Assembly: GCA_019751945.1 (NCBI GenBank)
Contig: JAIEMT010000001.1
Coordinates: 6,635-70,634 of the forward strand
Direction of reading: 5' to 3'
DNA length: 64,000 nucleotides
Source: a bacterium
GTDB lineage: Bacteria; Bdellovibrionota; UBA1018
Part shown: positions 19,179-29,751 of the stretch, piece after piece
Layout of the letters: every line of letters starts with the position of its first letter
Numbering within the stretch: the first letter of the stretch is position 1
Position numbers and translations under genes: made by a program
The notes under the pieces: model-generated
The model's database searches: none
Told to the model about the DNA's origin: nothing
Seen by the model: only the letters and a program-made list of their open reading frames with translations

Positions 19179-21111
19179 TCAATCGGAATACCAGGCCGTA
19201 TTCCTCACGGCAAGGCATCAACGAGGGGGCTGCTCTCAGAAGTTCGTACGGGTGCATGGTTTGTTTGGCGAGGTTTCGGAGAGACTCGTTTCGAGCCTGG
19301 AAGAGTTCAGCCTCTAGTTGTCCCAGTAGACGAGGCGCGGATTCGGGATCTGCACGGAGTTGTTCAGTCCAGCCTGACGGAACTTCAATGGGAGGATTTG
19401 TTTTCAGAGTTCCCCAGGTCAGAAAGAGATGGATGTTGGGATCGAGGGCCACCTCCGTTTGGAGAAGTTTCCTTTGCCGGTTGACGATATCAGAGATGGC
19501 TTCATTGAGTGCGGCGCTTCGGTCGCTTCTGAGTTTTCCAGGCGGAGGTATCGAGTGAGCATCGATCTCTCGAAAATCACTTGTAACCGCTAAGTAGGCC
19601 CGATTCTCTATGATCTCCGAAAGGAATTTTTGCAGAAGTTTGGGGTCATTGTAAAAAGTCTTTCCAAATTCAACCGAGTATTTTGCCTGAGTCTGCTCGA
19701 TGATTTTTGAAAGTTCCTCGAGGTCATTTCTTAGTTTAATAGCGGTACGATGAAGTTCTTGGTCAAACTTAAGAAAACGATTCACTGTTGCTCCGAAGTG
19801 AGGACTATTGGTATTGGCGAGATTCTCCAAATCTTCTGCGTAGCGAATCCGATTTACTGCGCCTCCGGCTTGTCGAAAGGTCTCCATTCCCACCTCGACT
19901 TGATTTCTACAGGCTTCCAGAATGCCCGCGCGCTCTCTCAGGTTTTTTAGCTGACGCACGTTAATTCTTTCGGGGCTTTCTGCGAAAGCAGCAGCTGCTG
20001 GCACTCTTTCAATCGATGGAGACCTTCTTCTGTCTAGAGCAAAGTATTCACGCGCCGAGGGAGACTGTGCAGCTTCGAGTCCTAGTAGTTCTGCCTCGTT
20101 GGTAACAAGCTCTCCAATCTTAGCAGCGAGACTAGGATCTGCCAGGAGACCCTGCTCCCGAGCTAAAGCCAGCATTTCCTCTCGAAACAGTCTGATTCTT
20201 CTGAGAGGGAAGACGCCACCATCGGGACTGGGGACTTGATTCGGGTCGAATTTTCTTAGGAATCCGTGGATATGCTGGGAAGCTTCGAGTTCCAAACCAT
20301 ATCTCTTTTCAACTTCTGCCTTCAGTTGAGTGTATCGGGTATCAAATTTTTTAGAATTTACACGGACTCTGTCTGCCTCTGTACCTAGTGTCGAAAGAAA
20401 TCGTTCGAAGTTTGAGTCGTTAATTTGTTGAAGGCGCGAAGGACGAATCGCAGAGGCGGCCCCTTTTTTGTAGGTGCTACGAAAATCCTGGATTCGTTTC
20501 GCGGCCTGTTTTCTAATTCGCTGAGATTCTTGATTGCTTTCCTCATTCGTCATGACCATGAGGCTTCCGCGAGGATCAGATCGATAAGTAGGTCTATTTT
20601 GTTTCAGAATTTGGAAATAACTACGAACCTCTGGAGAACGTGAAACCTCAAGTTCATGCATCTGAGTTTCATTGGAGATTAGGAATTCGGTCATTTCTTT
20701 TAAGGCTGTCGATTTTTTTAAGGAAACCTGTCCCGCTTTCACCTCTTCTTTTAATGTGTCGATTTGGAAGAGCGGAAAGGTGGGACCGCCATCAGAAGAA
20801 ATTCTGGCCATCCGGCCGAGAAATTCTCCTCGCAGCTCTACGCTTTCTAAGAAGCTGGCACCGTGCTTCGCCACAAAATCTTGGTGGACTTCCTTGAATT
20901 TGTTTTCAAATTCACGAGTATTCTTCTGGATCCGATCTTTCCAGGCTCGAATATCGACTTGAAGGCCCCTCATTTGCCTCAGGACTTCAATCCCGAAGTC
21001 CTTCTCGTTAGAAACGGCTTTAATTAGTCCGTCCTCGTCGGCTTCAGCGGCGAATAGCGAGGAGGCAGTGAGTGTGGCGGAAAGAATCCACGCCGCCGTC
21101 CAGAGCTTCAT
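19171..21111 (-). CDS. Secreted helical protein with about three internal repeats
   Basis: Signal peptide; repeated GG.FPL..I....EE..I.E...NE..L..LE...SP..R.YF. Confidence 0.7.
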   Translation of the reverse strand: MKLWTAAWILSATLTASSLFAAEADEDGLIKAVSNEKDFGIEVLRQMRGLQVDIRAWKDRIQKNTREFENKFKEVHQDFVAKHGASFLESVELRGEFLGRMARISSDGGPTFPLFQIDTLKEEVKAGQVSLKKSTALKEMTEFLISNETQMHELEVSRSPEVRSYFQILKQNRPTYRSDPRGSLMVMTNEESNQESQRIRKQAAKRIQDFRSTYKKGAASAIRPSRLQQINDSNFERFLSTLGTEADRVRVNSKKFDTRYTQLKAEVEKRYGLELEASQHIHGFLRKFDPNQVPSPDGGVFPLRRIRLFREEMLALAREQGLLADPSLAAKIGELVTNEAELLGLEAAQSPSAREYFALDRRRSPSIERVPAAAAFAESPERINVRQLKNLRERAGILEACRNQVEVGMETFRQAGGAVNRIRYAEDLENLANTNSPHFGATVNRFLKFDQELHRTAIKLRNDLEELSKIIEQTQAKYSVEFGKTFYNDPKLLQKFLSEIIENRAYLAVTSDFREIDAHSIPPPGKLRSDRSAALNEAISDIVNRQRKLLQTEVALDPNIHLFLTWGTLKTNPPIEVPSGWTEQLRADPESAPRLLGQLEAELFQARNESLRNLAKQTMHPYELLRAAPSLMPCREEYGLVFRLND

Positions 21112-23007
21112 TTAAGCCGCCTTTTTGATTCGGAAGGGCGGCGGAGTCAATTCGTGGCGGCGGAAGGGGGGCGGAGTCTTTCCGATGAAGGTGCTTTCAC
21201 CCGTGGTGCCGCTTTCCGGGGGAATGAACTCGTAGCCTTCTTTGAAATTGATGACCTCGTACACAGCGACTTCTTCAGCCTTGCCCTTCACCTTGGTGGT
21301 GCCGCGGGCTTCGCAGTGAATGAATTCTTGAATTTCTGCGTAGGTTTCGTCGCTGATCAGGATGTCGGTTTTGAATTCTTTGGTGAGTGACTCCATTCGG
21401 GAGGTCAAGTTCACGTTGTCGCCCAGAATCGTGTATTCCATGCGTTCGGGAGAACCGATGTTCCCCGCGACGACTGAGCCGGTGTGCATGCCCATTCCGA
21501 TGGCGATAACGGGCTTCCCATTCGCCGCTTGGTCTTCATTAAAACGTTTGAGTTCAGCGCGCATGCGGAGCGCTGCGGAGACAGCGCGGAGTGAGTCGTT
21601 TTCGTGCGAAATCGGCGTGCCGTAGACGGCCATGATGGCGTCACCGACGTATTTGTCGACCACGCCTCCGTGAGCGAAAATGATTCGCACCATGCGGGTC
21701 ATGTAACCGTTGATCAGTTCCACGACCTGTTCCGGTTCGAGTTTCTCGGAAATGCTGGTGAATGAACGAATGTCTGAGAAGAAAATGGTGACCTTCTTGC
21801 GTTCACCGGTGAGCTGCATTTCGCCCGATAGAATTTTATCAGCGATATCCTTGGAGTGAAATTTTGAAAACGCGTTTTTAATTTTTTCACGCTCGGCTAA
21901 GCCCTGAGTCATCTCCGTGAACGATTTCGAAAGATCTCCGATTTCGTCGTTGCTCGTTTTTTTAATTTTGACTTGGTAATTGCCCTTGGAAATTTCTTCA
22001 GTCGCTTCCACCAAGCTGATGAGCGGGCGGGTGAGCGATAAGCTGAACAAGAAGATCACGTAGAAGCCGATGACGCTCACAATCGTGGTGATGTAAATCG
22101 AAGTGTTTCGAACCTGGCGCGCTGGCTTCGTAGCCATGGCTTCTTCTTTTTGTGTGACGACGCCGATGTTTGCAAAACCCACCGTTTTAAACGCACCCAG
22201 GTACGCCACGCCGTTGGAAGGATCAACGAATCGAGTTTGACCGTTGTTGATGGTCTTCGCCGAAATCAATTGCTTCACGATTTCTAAGTGCGAAACGTTT
22301 TCCCGTTTCAGAACTTTTTGCTGATCAGGATGAGCAAGTAAGTAGCCCTGTGAATCGACCAGATAGCTGGTGTTGAGATTGTCGGAGTCGTCCTTCTGAT
22401 CGGGTGAACGGGTGCCGTTCGAAACCGTTCGTAAGAATCGATCTTGTTTCAAGATGGCCACTACCGAGTGAGTGACGTTGTTCTGGTCGTCGCTCACGAG
22501 TGGAAGTGATATCACCATCAGTGGAATATTTCCGTGAAGCTGAAGGCTTTGAATGGTTTCGTTCCCAGCCTTCATCTTGTCATAAGGGAGTTCGCCCAGA
22601 ATCTTTTGCATTTCTTCGTTGTTGGAATCGAGGCTTTTTACCAGCGCGTCGTTCGAGGCTTGGCCAACCGGACGGGCCTTTCCATCGGCGAGAGTGAAAA
22701 CCGTGGTACTAAGCAAATCTTTTTCGTGTTCGAAAAGCGGGCGTTGCACTGCTTCGACTTGTGCTTGGGGAAGGTTCTGCATGAGAGTGACACCGAGGAG
22801 GCGCATCTTCTCAGCGAGATTGTTCAAGTCGTTCTTCATCACTTGAGCCACCAGGCGAGCCGTTTCCAAGTTACTTTCTTGGACGCGCGCCACGTTGTCG
22901 CGGTTGAAGAAGAAGCTGGCGAAACCAATGATTGCCAGTGCCGCTGCCAGCAGCACGGTGTTGATGATTCCCACCAGTTTAGTGCGAATATTGAAACGAA
23001 CCTTCAT
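21112..23007 (-). CDS. Membrane class III adenylate cyclase (TM-dCache-TM-HAMP-CHD)
   Basis: FSDIRSFT, DKYVGDAIM, GMHTG, YTILGDNVNLTSRME, VKGK; Lys/Thr specificity residues indicate ATP (class IIIb). Confidence 0.92.
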   Translation of the reverse strand: MKVRFNIRTKLVGIINTVLLAAALAIIGFASFFFNRDNVARVQESNLETARLVAQVMKNDLNNLAEKMRLLGVTLMQNLPQAQVEAVQRPLFEHEKDLLSTTVFTLADGKARPVGQASNDALVKSLDSNNEEMQKILGELPYDKMKAGNETIQSLQLHGNIPLMVISLPLVSDDQNNVTHSVVAILKQDRFLRTVSNGTRSPDQKDDSDNLNTSYLVDSQGYLLAHPDQQKVLKRENVSHLEIVKQLISAKTINNGQTRFVDPSNGVAYLGAFKTVGFANIGVVTQKEEAMATKPARQVRNTSIYITTIVSVIGFYVIFLFSLSLTRPLISLVEATEEISKGNYQVKIKKTSNDEIGDLSKSFTEMTQGLAEREKIKNAFSKFHSKDIADKILSGEMQLTGERKKVTIFFSDIRSFTSISEKLEPEQVVELINGYMTRMVRIIFAHGGVVDKYVGDAIMAVYGTPISHENDSLRAVSAALRMRAELKRFNEDQAANGKPVIAIGMGMHTGSVVAGNIGSPERMEYTILGDNVNLTSRMESLTKEFKTDILISDETYAEIQEFIHCEARGTTKVKGKAEEVAVYEVINFKEGYEFIPPESGTTGESTFIGKTPPPFRRHELTPPPFRIKKAA

Positions 23008-23012
23008 AGTCC

Positions 23013-25169
23013 CTATCTTTTATCGGCTGTCGAATTCTTAAACTGAAGATAGAGATCGGAAAGTTCACGGCTTTTTTGGAAAAGGTCTTTCTCGTCAGGG
23101 GGGCCGAATCGGAAATGATTGTAGAGCTGAACCCAGTTCTGCAGAGCATGCGTCGCGCTATGTCCAAATTTTGACTCCACCTGGACCAGGCTGCGCTGAA
23201 ATTCGAGAGTTTTGCGGGATTCTCGGAGTTTTTTACTCAGAAGACGTTCGAGCTTGATGCGTTGCGCGCGAAGCCACCACGGACCCTCTCGAACTCTCCA
23301 ACGAATCGAAAAAATTCCGGGGAACCAGGTTCGGGCGACCAAGAGGCCAATGACGCCGACCACGACAATCAGGACAAAGGCAACGACAGCGAGCCATTGA
23401 TAGTGAGCGAACGTGTCGCGGACCCACTGACCAAATCGAGAGGTCTGACCATCTCCCGAGGATTTTCTAAACGGGGCAGTGACACTTAAACCCATTTCGA
23501 TTTGAGAGTTGGATTCGAACGACAAGACGTATCGGTACCAGTAAGCGCTGAGGGCTTCGTATTGGTCTCGGAAGGTGTCGAGGAGGGAGAGGTTCACGTA
23601 CTCTCTCGGAGTGGGGTCGTAAACTTTCCAACCTTCTCTGGGAATCCAAACCTCCAGCCAAGCGTGCGCGTCGCCCGAGCGAACGGTTAAAATTCCGTTT
23701 GCCGGACCTCGCGAGAGTCGAAATCCGGCGATCAAGCGAGTGGGGACTCCGCCCATCCTAAGGAGGACTGCAGCCGCGCTGGCAAAGTGTTCGCAGTGGC
23801 CAGCCTTCGAAACAAAGAGAAATTTTTCGATCGCATTGAGTTGGGAAGCAAGCGAGCGATTCTGAGTGTTGAAATATTCTTCCTCCGTGTTTGCTAGAGT
23901 GGCTTTGTAGCCTTTGCCCAGGAGGTCCATCACTTTTCCAAGTTTTGTCGCGGCATCCGTCTCGGTGGGGAAAAGGCGTTTCACGAATTTTTTTAGTCCA
24001 TTGGTACGAATGGAATCTGGAACGATGAGGTGAACGGGTTGAGGAAGGTCGTCCTCGCGAAAAGATTTGTGGATGGCCAGAGATTTTCCGCTCAGTGAGA
24101 AGTTATAGCTCACTCGTCGAGTTCTGGAGTTGGATTCGTTCCACTCACTTCCACTCGTTCGCATGGGGCGGGTTTTGAATCCGCTTTCCTCAAGAAGGAC
24201 TCGGTTAGCTCCGTAGGGAACAGGCAATACAACCGAGTCGATGGGCTCGCGAATGGCAAAAACGGAGAGCTGATTTTTCTCATCCATTTCTGTTGCGGGG
24301 TTTCGGTTCCTTTGGCGGTAAGGCATTGGAACCATCTCGCGCTTTCCCTGAGGGGTATTGTACCAGTCTTTACCATCGAAGACCGAGAGGACCCGTCCCC
24401 GAAGGAGACCCGCGAAGACCAAGCTCAGGAAAAACTGATTGGCCGTTTTGGCGTCATCCATTTGGGTGAACATTCGAATTACGGGAGATCCGCTGCCAGC
24501 ACCGGTGAGTGAGAATCCCTTAGCGAGGGTGACTTCTTCCGTGTAACCGACTCGGCGTTGATCCACGAGGTCCGGCATTCCCGTTTTTGTTCTCGGGAGA
24601 ATGGGGAAGATGGCAAAACTGCTTAAGAGAATCACCGCTGATAGCATCAAACTGTTTCGAAGATAGGATGGCGATAGCGGACGATGAAGCTGTTCGGGCG
24701 CTCGCGTTTTAAATTCGCTTTCTAAGAACAGTGTCGAAATGAGGATCGAACTGAGAATGGCGAAAAGAAAAATAGCCAGGGAGAGATAGAGATCGTTGGT
24801 GATGGCAGCCGTGAGGTTGAGCTCCACAAATCCGATGCCGACGCGCCAACCCTTCTCACGTGGAGTAGGAGCTGAGAACCAAAGCGAGGCATGAAAAATC
24901 GGCGCCGCCTGAGCCACCATCAAGAGCAGCGGCTCTTTTAGAAACCACCAAGAAAAGAAAGTTCCGCAAAGAGTGAGAAAGAGAGCCCCGGCCATCCAGC
25001 CGTTTCCCATTTGAATGCGGCGCAATCGCGTCAGTACAAGGAGACTCAGGACGAAGGCCCAAATGCCGGGGCGCACTTCCCCGGTGAGAGCCAGAGTTCC
25101 CAAAGCAATGAGATCGAGCGACCAGCTCAGAAATCCGGAGAGGCGAGTGACGGACCAGTTCGAGATCAC
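23013..25169 (-). CDS. TgpA-like DUF3488/transglutaminase membrane protein
   Basis: Multi-TM N-terminus; GHCEHFAS, DAHAWLEVW, YDPTP catalytic Cys-His-Asp. Confidence 0.9.
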   Translation of the reverse strand: MISNWSVTRLSGFLSWSLDLIALGTLALTGEVRPGIWAFVLSLLVLTRLRRIQMGNGWMAGALFLTLCGTFFSWWFLKEPLLLMVAQAAPIFHASLWFSAPTPREKGWRVGIGFVELNLTAAITNDLYLSLAIFLFAILSSILISTLFLESEFKTRAPEQLHRPLSPSYLRNSLMLSAVILLSSFAIFPILPRTKTGMPDLVDQRRVGYTEEVTLAKGFSLTGAGSGSPVIRMFTQMDDAKTANQFFLSLVFAGLLRGRVLSVFDGKDWYNTPQGKREMVPMPYRQRNRNPATEMDEKNQLSVFAIREPIDSVVLPVPYGANRVLLEESGFKTRPMRTSGSEWNESNSRTRRVSYNFSLSGKSLAIHKSFREDDLPQPVHLIVPDSIRTNGLKKFVKRLFPTETDAATKLGKVMDLLGKGYKATLANTEEEYFNTQNRSLASQLNAIEKFLFVSKAGHCEHFASAAAVLLRMGGVPTRLIAGFRLSRGPANGILTVRSGDAHAWLEVWIPREGWKVYDPTPREYVNLSLLDTFRDQYEALSAYWYRYVLSFESNSQIEMGLSVTAPFRKSSGDGQTSRFGQWVRDTFAHYQWLAVVAFVLIVVVGVIGLLVARTWFPGIFSIRWRVREGPWWLRAQRIKLERLLSKKLRESRKTLEFQRSLVQVESKFGHSATHALQNWVQLYNHFRFGPPDEKDLFQKSRELSDLYLQFKNSTADKR
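23020..23046 (-). promoter_or_regulatory. Sigma28 (FliA)-type promoter for the cyclase, inside the 3' end of the transglutaminase gene
   Basis: TCAG-N15-GCCGATAA, 12 nt before ATG 23007. Confidence 0.55.
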
Positions 25170-26068
25170 GCTGCCTCCTTTCGAGGAATCAGCCCTTGGG
25201 CTTGAGCCAGCGCGAGTTGATCCAAGGAATCTTTTCTGCCGTGATACGTGCGCGCACCTTCCCAGTCGACGAGGGTGAGCGACCAGGTTTTTCCTTCTTC
25301 GCCCGCGTCGGAGTAGAAGACTTGGGCGAGGTCTCGAATTCGATTTTCCAACGACGTGCCCGCTTCGGTACGTAGATCCAGAACGAGTTTTTCATCCTGA
25401 CTTTCAGAACGGCGTTGTCGGACGAGAGGTTCCGTGCCGCGTGCACTGAGTGTCCAGACGACGTGTCGGTAGTCGTCGTCCCAGGTCATGGGGCGAACTT
25501 CTCCCTCTTGGATTCTGACTCCGGCTTTAAAAGTTCCCTCGGAGTTTGGAGATCGATTTTTAGAGCTGTCTCCCTTGAGGGGCTCTGGCCAAATGATTCG
25601 TCTTCCGCCTTTGTTACTCAAGATTCTGAGTTTTTTTGCGAACCCAAAAGGGTAGCTCGTCGCGATGGCAAGGGCATCCCAGGTGTGCCATCCCCGTTGA
25701 TCGAAGCGCTGTTTTGAAGAAATCACAATGGACTGCCGGGGCGCGAGAAAGGGTACAAACGCAGATGGAACGAACTTTCCATTTGTCCATTCCCCCACTT
25801 CTACACAGAAGATTGGAAATCGTCGTTGGTTCGAAATGTAGACTTGGTCTTTCGGAGCCGAGTTGGCCGCTACAGGAATTCTTTTAAACTCAATTTTGAG
25901 AGCTGAGATGGAGCGCTCAGAGAGGATTCCAGAAAGGATGAGACCGCTCAGAAGAAGGCTTTCGATCAGATAGACGATGTTATTTCCGGAAGAGAGGGCC
26001 ACGACCCCGAGCAGAATCGTCAGAGCTACGTACCAGCGACCTGCAACCGTGACTTCCAGTTTTCGCAT
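25166..26068 (-). CDS. DUF58 family protein
   Basis: N-terminal TMs (SGNN..Y..SLLLS..ILSG), TSYPFG, DDYRHVVW..SAR. Confidence 0.85.
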   Translation of the reverse strand: MRKLEVTVAGRWYVALTILLGVVALSSGNNIVYLIESLLLSGLILSGILSERSISALKIEFKRIPVAANSAPKDQVYISNQRRFPIFCVEVGEWTNGKFVPSAFVPFLAPRQSIVISSKQRFDQRGWHTWDALAIATSYPFGFAKKLRILSNKGGRRIIWPEPLKGDSSKNRSPNSEGTFKAGVRIQEGEVRPMTWDDDYRHVVWTLSARGTEPLVRQRRSESQDEKLVLDLRTEAGTSLENRIRDLAQVFYSDAGEEGKTWSLTLVDWEGARTYHGRKDSLDQLALAQAQGLIPRKEAA

Positions 26069-26071
26069 GGG

Positions 26072-27055
26072 TTATTTTGGAGAGCGAACTCTCTCCAAAA
26101 TCTCCTGAATAACTGCGCGTTTTTGCGTCGTTCCTCGATGTCCGTCGGTAAAAGACAAACGATGGGCAAGGCATGCCACCGCCATGTCCCGAACTTCTTT
26201 GGGGCTGACGAAGTCTTGACCGCGAAGATAGGCTAGGCCTTTTGCAGCCGCGACGAGTTGCAGGCCCCCCCGAACGGAGACGCCGAAGGCAATGTCCTCG
26301 TGAACGCGAGTAGCGCGAACAAGGTCCAAGCAGTATTCGAGAACTGATTTTTCGACAAAGAGACGGGCCACTGAGGAACGAATTTTCTGAATTCCCTCGA
26401 TCGTGAAAAGGGGTTCTTCCGTGGTCTCAGAAACCAAGGGTGAGGAACGGTCCGTATGGGCCTGGTAGATTTCAAATTCGCTGTCTTTTTCTGGAGAATC
26501 CACCGTGAGAGAAAGCATGAAGCGATCGAGTTGGCTTTCTGCGAGCGGGTAGACACCCTGAAACTCTGCCGGGTTCTGTGTAGCAACTACGAAGAACGGA
26601 TTGGGAAGCGAGTAGACTTTTCCGTCGACTGTCACAGTGGCTTCGGCCATGGATTCGAGTAGAGCGCTTTGGGTTTTTGGTCCCGTTCGGTTCAACTCGT
26701 CTGCTAGGAGAAAATTCGTGAAGATCGGGCCCTGGCGAAATTCAAATTCCGAATCGCCGGGCTTTAGGCGCAAGATTCCCACGATGTCGCTGGGAAGCAG
26801 GTCACTGGTCATTTGGATTCTTCGAAAAGTTCCGCCGAAGCAGGAGGCCAAGCCTCGGGCCAAAGAAGTTTTTCCGGTGCCCGGAGCCCCTTCCAAGAGG
26901 AGGTGCCCCGCGCCCAAGAACGTCGCGAGCGACAATTCTACGACGGAGTCTTTTCCATGCAGATATTGGGACAGCCTCTTCAAAGCGAGTTGAAGGAGAG
27001 CTTGATGCTCAGCGTGATTCTCACCTCTGAGTTTTTCGGAGCGCGCAATGGACAT
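26072..27055 (-). CDS. MoxR family AAA+ ATPase
   Basis: LLEGAPGTGKT, RIQMTSDLLPSD, LADELNR..PKTQSALLE, ATQNP, LDRF. Confidence 0.93.
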   Translation of the reverse strand: MSIARSEKLRGENHAEHQALLQLALKRLSQYLHGKDSVVELSLATFLGAGHLLLEGAPGTGKTSLARGLASCFGGTFRRIQMTSDLLPSDIVGILRLKPGDSEFEFRQGPIFTNFLLADELNRTGPKTQSALLESMAEATVTVDGKVYSLPNPFFVVATQNPAEFQGVYPLAESQLDRFMLSLTVDSPEKDSEFEIYQAHTDRSSPLVSETTEEPLFTIEGIQKIRSSVARLFVEKSVLEYCLDLVRATRVHEDIAFGVSVRGGLQLVAAAKGLAYLRGQDFVSPKEVRDMAVACLAHRLSFTDGHRGTTQKRAVIQEILERVRSPK

Positions 27056-27237
27056 GAGTGGTCCCTCTCTCTTTTTGAATCGACATAAACGGCGGTTCGT
27101 ATGAGAAGAATCGATCAGTTCGTTATAGTTTAGTTATTTAATAAATTATCAGCAGATAATCTGGGCAGCTTCTGCCCACCGACGTGGTGCATTAACCTCT
27201 TCTTTCTCCAGATTTAGGCCGATACGAAGTGTAGAGC

Positions 27238-29742
27238 ATGGAAAGTTCAATTCGTATTCAGAACGAAAGAAAAGAGATCATCGCGGTCACACTGTTCGCG
27301 ATCATGGCGATCTATTTTTTCGCGCAGTTGATTCAGCGAGAGTTGAAGCCGGGGAATCTGGGCGGATCTCAGCGCACCGTTGTCGCTCGTTTGCAACTTG
27401 CCACTCAGAACGTTCAAAGAAAATTCGACAAAGAAGTGCTTTGGGAAAGTGTGGCATCGAGTGTTCCGCTCTACACGCGCGATTCGGTTCGAACGGCCGA
27501 GAAAAGTGCCGCTCGAATTCTCTTCGAAGACGGAAGCTTGATCGAGATGGCCGAAAATTCCCTCATTGTCTTAGATCGCACCGACGAAAAAATTCAGGTC
27601 GACTTCATGAAGGGTTCGGTTTTTGCGAAAGCAAAAGGAATCGAAATCAATACGGGCCGCGGAAAAATTGAATTGGGCAAAGACAAGAAAGGCGAACTTT
27701 CCCTGGTAGCTGGACAATCAGGTCTCGAAGTGACCGTCGCAGAAGGCAGCGCCAAGATTAAAACCGACAAGGGCGAAGCCGTTTTGGGCGTGAACGAAAA
27801 GGGGAGCCTCAGTGACGGCGGCATTTCTCAGCAGAAACTGAAACTCCGCGGCACTTTACCGGAGCAAAATGCGAAGTTCGTGGTGGCCCAGGGCGCTGCG
27901 CCCATTCAATTTGCCTGGGAAGGCGATAAAGAATTCGTTCCGATCTCGCGCCTTCAGATCGCGCGCGATTCCAGCTTCCGATCTCCAGTGAAGTTTTCTG
28001 CTTCCGAGTTGGCAGACGGGAAGGCCAGCGTAGCTCTGGCCGAAGGCACATACTACTGGAGAGTGATTGCCAAGGGAACTCAAGCAGGTCCTGATGGAAA
28101 AACAAAGAACGAAGTGAGTGACCAAAGGCTTCTTCAAGTGATTCGTCACTGGCCTGTTCAACTCGATCAGCCCATGGCTGGTTCTAAAATTAGCTTCTTT
28201 AAGCAAGCGCCGAGCGTGGCATTGAGCTGGCGAAGTCAAGTTCGTGAGGGTGAACAGGAAGTCCAAATATCAAAAGATGCCAAGTTCTCTCAGCTTCTCC
28301 CAAAGATTTCTTCCGTCAGTGAAGGAAATTCCTTCCGCGCGGGAGTGAATGGAATTGAGCCTGGAAAATACTTTTGGAGAGTGGTGACCCGCTACGATGG
28401 GATGGGTGCAAAACGCGACGAGAAATTGGCCTTGAATTCTGACGTCCGCGGATTTGAAATTCAGAAACTCGATCAATTGCCGAGCCCGGTACTCGTCCAG
28501 CCGGCCGAGAATGCTTCGTTAGCGTTAGGGAAGGACAAGTCCAAGATCTTCTTTTCATGGCAGCCTGTCAGCGAAGCAAATGGTTATAAAATCGTGGTAG
28601 CACGAGATGCGAAACTGAAATCGGTAGTCTTAGAACAAAAGCTCGGCCCCATGAGTAGCTTTGAAATGCCCTTCCAAGAAACGGGGACGTTTCATTGGAG
28701 TGTAGAGGCGATCAGCGCGGAGGAAACTTCTGATCCTGCCCAGTCTCGTTCGTTCGTTTCTAATCGAGTGGGTGGTTTCAATCTCATCGCTCCGAAAGCA
28801 GCACAGGCCTTTAGCTATTTGAAACGAAAGCCTGTTGTGAAATTCCAATGGGAAAAGATTTCGGGCACTAAGACTTATATCCTTCAGGTTTCAGGAGATC
28901 CGGATTTTAAATCGGTGAGTTGGAGTCAGGAATCCGACGAACCCCAGATTGAATCCGATGAATTACCCTCAGGCGTGAAGTACTGGCGTGTAGTGGCTCG
29001 GGGAGATCGAGCTCAGTCCATTGGAATTAGCGAGACCCGACAGTATCGCCTTGAGATGGATCCGTTAATGGCGGCCCCCGTGAAGATGGAACCCCAGAGT
29101 GGTTTCAAAGTTCAGCTGGGTGCTGAAGAGTCCGCCCGAAAGGTGAAGCTGGAGTGGAAGGCTGTTGAGAAAACCCGAGGCTATCGACTCTACCTTTATA
29201 AGCAGCCTGCCGGTGGGAAGCAGGAAACGATTTTGGATGGAGAAGAAGTTGACGAACTCTTCTTTGAAAAGAAGCTCCAAGCCGGCGCTTATCAATGGGA
29301 TGTTCGCGCTGTCGACGAAGTGAAACGCACAGGTCAGGCCGGTTCGATGAGATCTTTTGAGGTCGTCAACGCGTTCCGACTCGCTCCGCCGATTGCGAAG
29401 GCTCCGTTGAATCGCGCCATGATTCAGGAACCCAAACCCGTTCCCGTGAAGTTCAAGTGGGAGTCGGTGGAGGGTGCTGACGGGTATCTCATCAGTATTT
29501 ATCAGGTGGGCGAGGGTGGGAAGCTCAAGCTGGTTCAGAAAAAAGATACGAGCGACACCGAGTATAAGACGGAAAAAATGCTCAAAGCAGGAACTTACAA
29601 GTGGCAGGTGGTGGCCCATGGAAAACTGAAGGGCGAGCCAGCCGTGTTTGATTTGAATGTGAAATGGACAGACTTTTTAAGAGCACCGATGAAGGTGCGA
29701 ATGCAAGTCGAGGGGGATCGAATACCGGCTAGCCGGCGTTAG
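27238..29742 (+). CDS. Inner-membrane-anchored FecR-domain protein with six FnIII-like repeats
   Basis: N-terminal TM; DSVRTAEKSAARILFEDGSLIEMAENS (FecR); six G.Y.W.V.A motifs. Confidence 0.85.
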   Translation: MESSIRIQNERKEIIAVTLFAIMAIYFFAQLIQRELKPGNLGGSQRTVVARLQLATQNVQRKFDKEVLWESVASSVPLYTRDSVRTAEKSAARILFEDGSLIEMAENSLIVLDRTDEKIQVDFMKGSVFAKAKGIEINTGRGKIELGKDKKGELSLVAGQSGLEVTVAEGSAKIKTDKGEAVLGVNEKGSLSDGGISQQKLKLRGTLPEQNAKFVVAQGAAPIQFAWEGDKEFVPISRLQIARDSSFRSPVKFSASELADGKASVALAEGTYYWRVIAKGTQAGPDGKTKNEVSDQRLLQVIRHWPVQLDQPMAGSKISFFKQAPSVALSWRSQVREGEQEVQISKDAKFSQLLPKISSVSEGNSFRAGVNGIEPGKYFWRVVTRYDGMGAKRDEKLALNSDVRGFEIQKLDQLPSPVLVQPAENASLALGKDKSKIFFSWQPVSEANGYKIVVARDAKLKSVVLEQKLGPMSSFEMPFQETGTFHWSVEAISAEETSDPAQSRSFVSNRVGGFNLIAPKAAQAFSYLKRKPVVKFQWEKISGTKTYILQVSGDPDFKSVSWSQESDEPQIESDELPSGVKYWRVVARGDRAQSIGISETRQYRLEMDPLMAAPVKMEPQSGFKVQLGAEESARKVKLEWKAVEKTRGYRLYLYKQPAGGKQETILDGEEVDELFFEKKLQAGAYQWDVRAVDEVKRTGQAGSMRSFEVVNAFRLAPPIAKAPLNRAMIQEPKPVPVKFKWESVEGADGYLISIYQVGEGGKLKLVQKKDTSDTEYKTEKMLKAGTYKWQVVAHGKLKGEPAVFDLNVKWTDFLRAPMKVRMQVEGDRIPASRR

Positions 29743-29751
29743 TTTGCAAAA

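Noticed and set aside
27199-27225. Full sigma28 promoter for the FecR gene as a feature
   Set aside because: Only the -10 box (GCCGATAC) matches, with no acceptable -35 at 15-nt spacing; used only as weak supporting evidence
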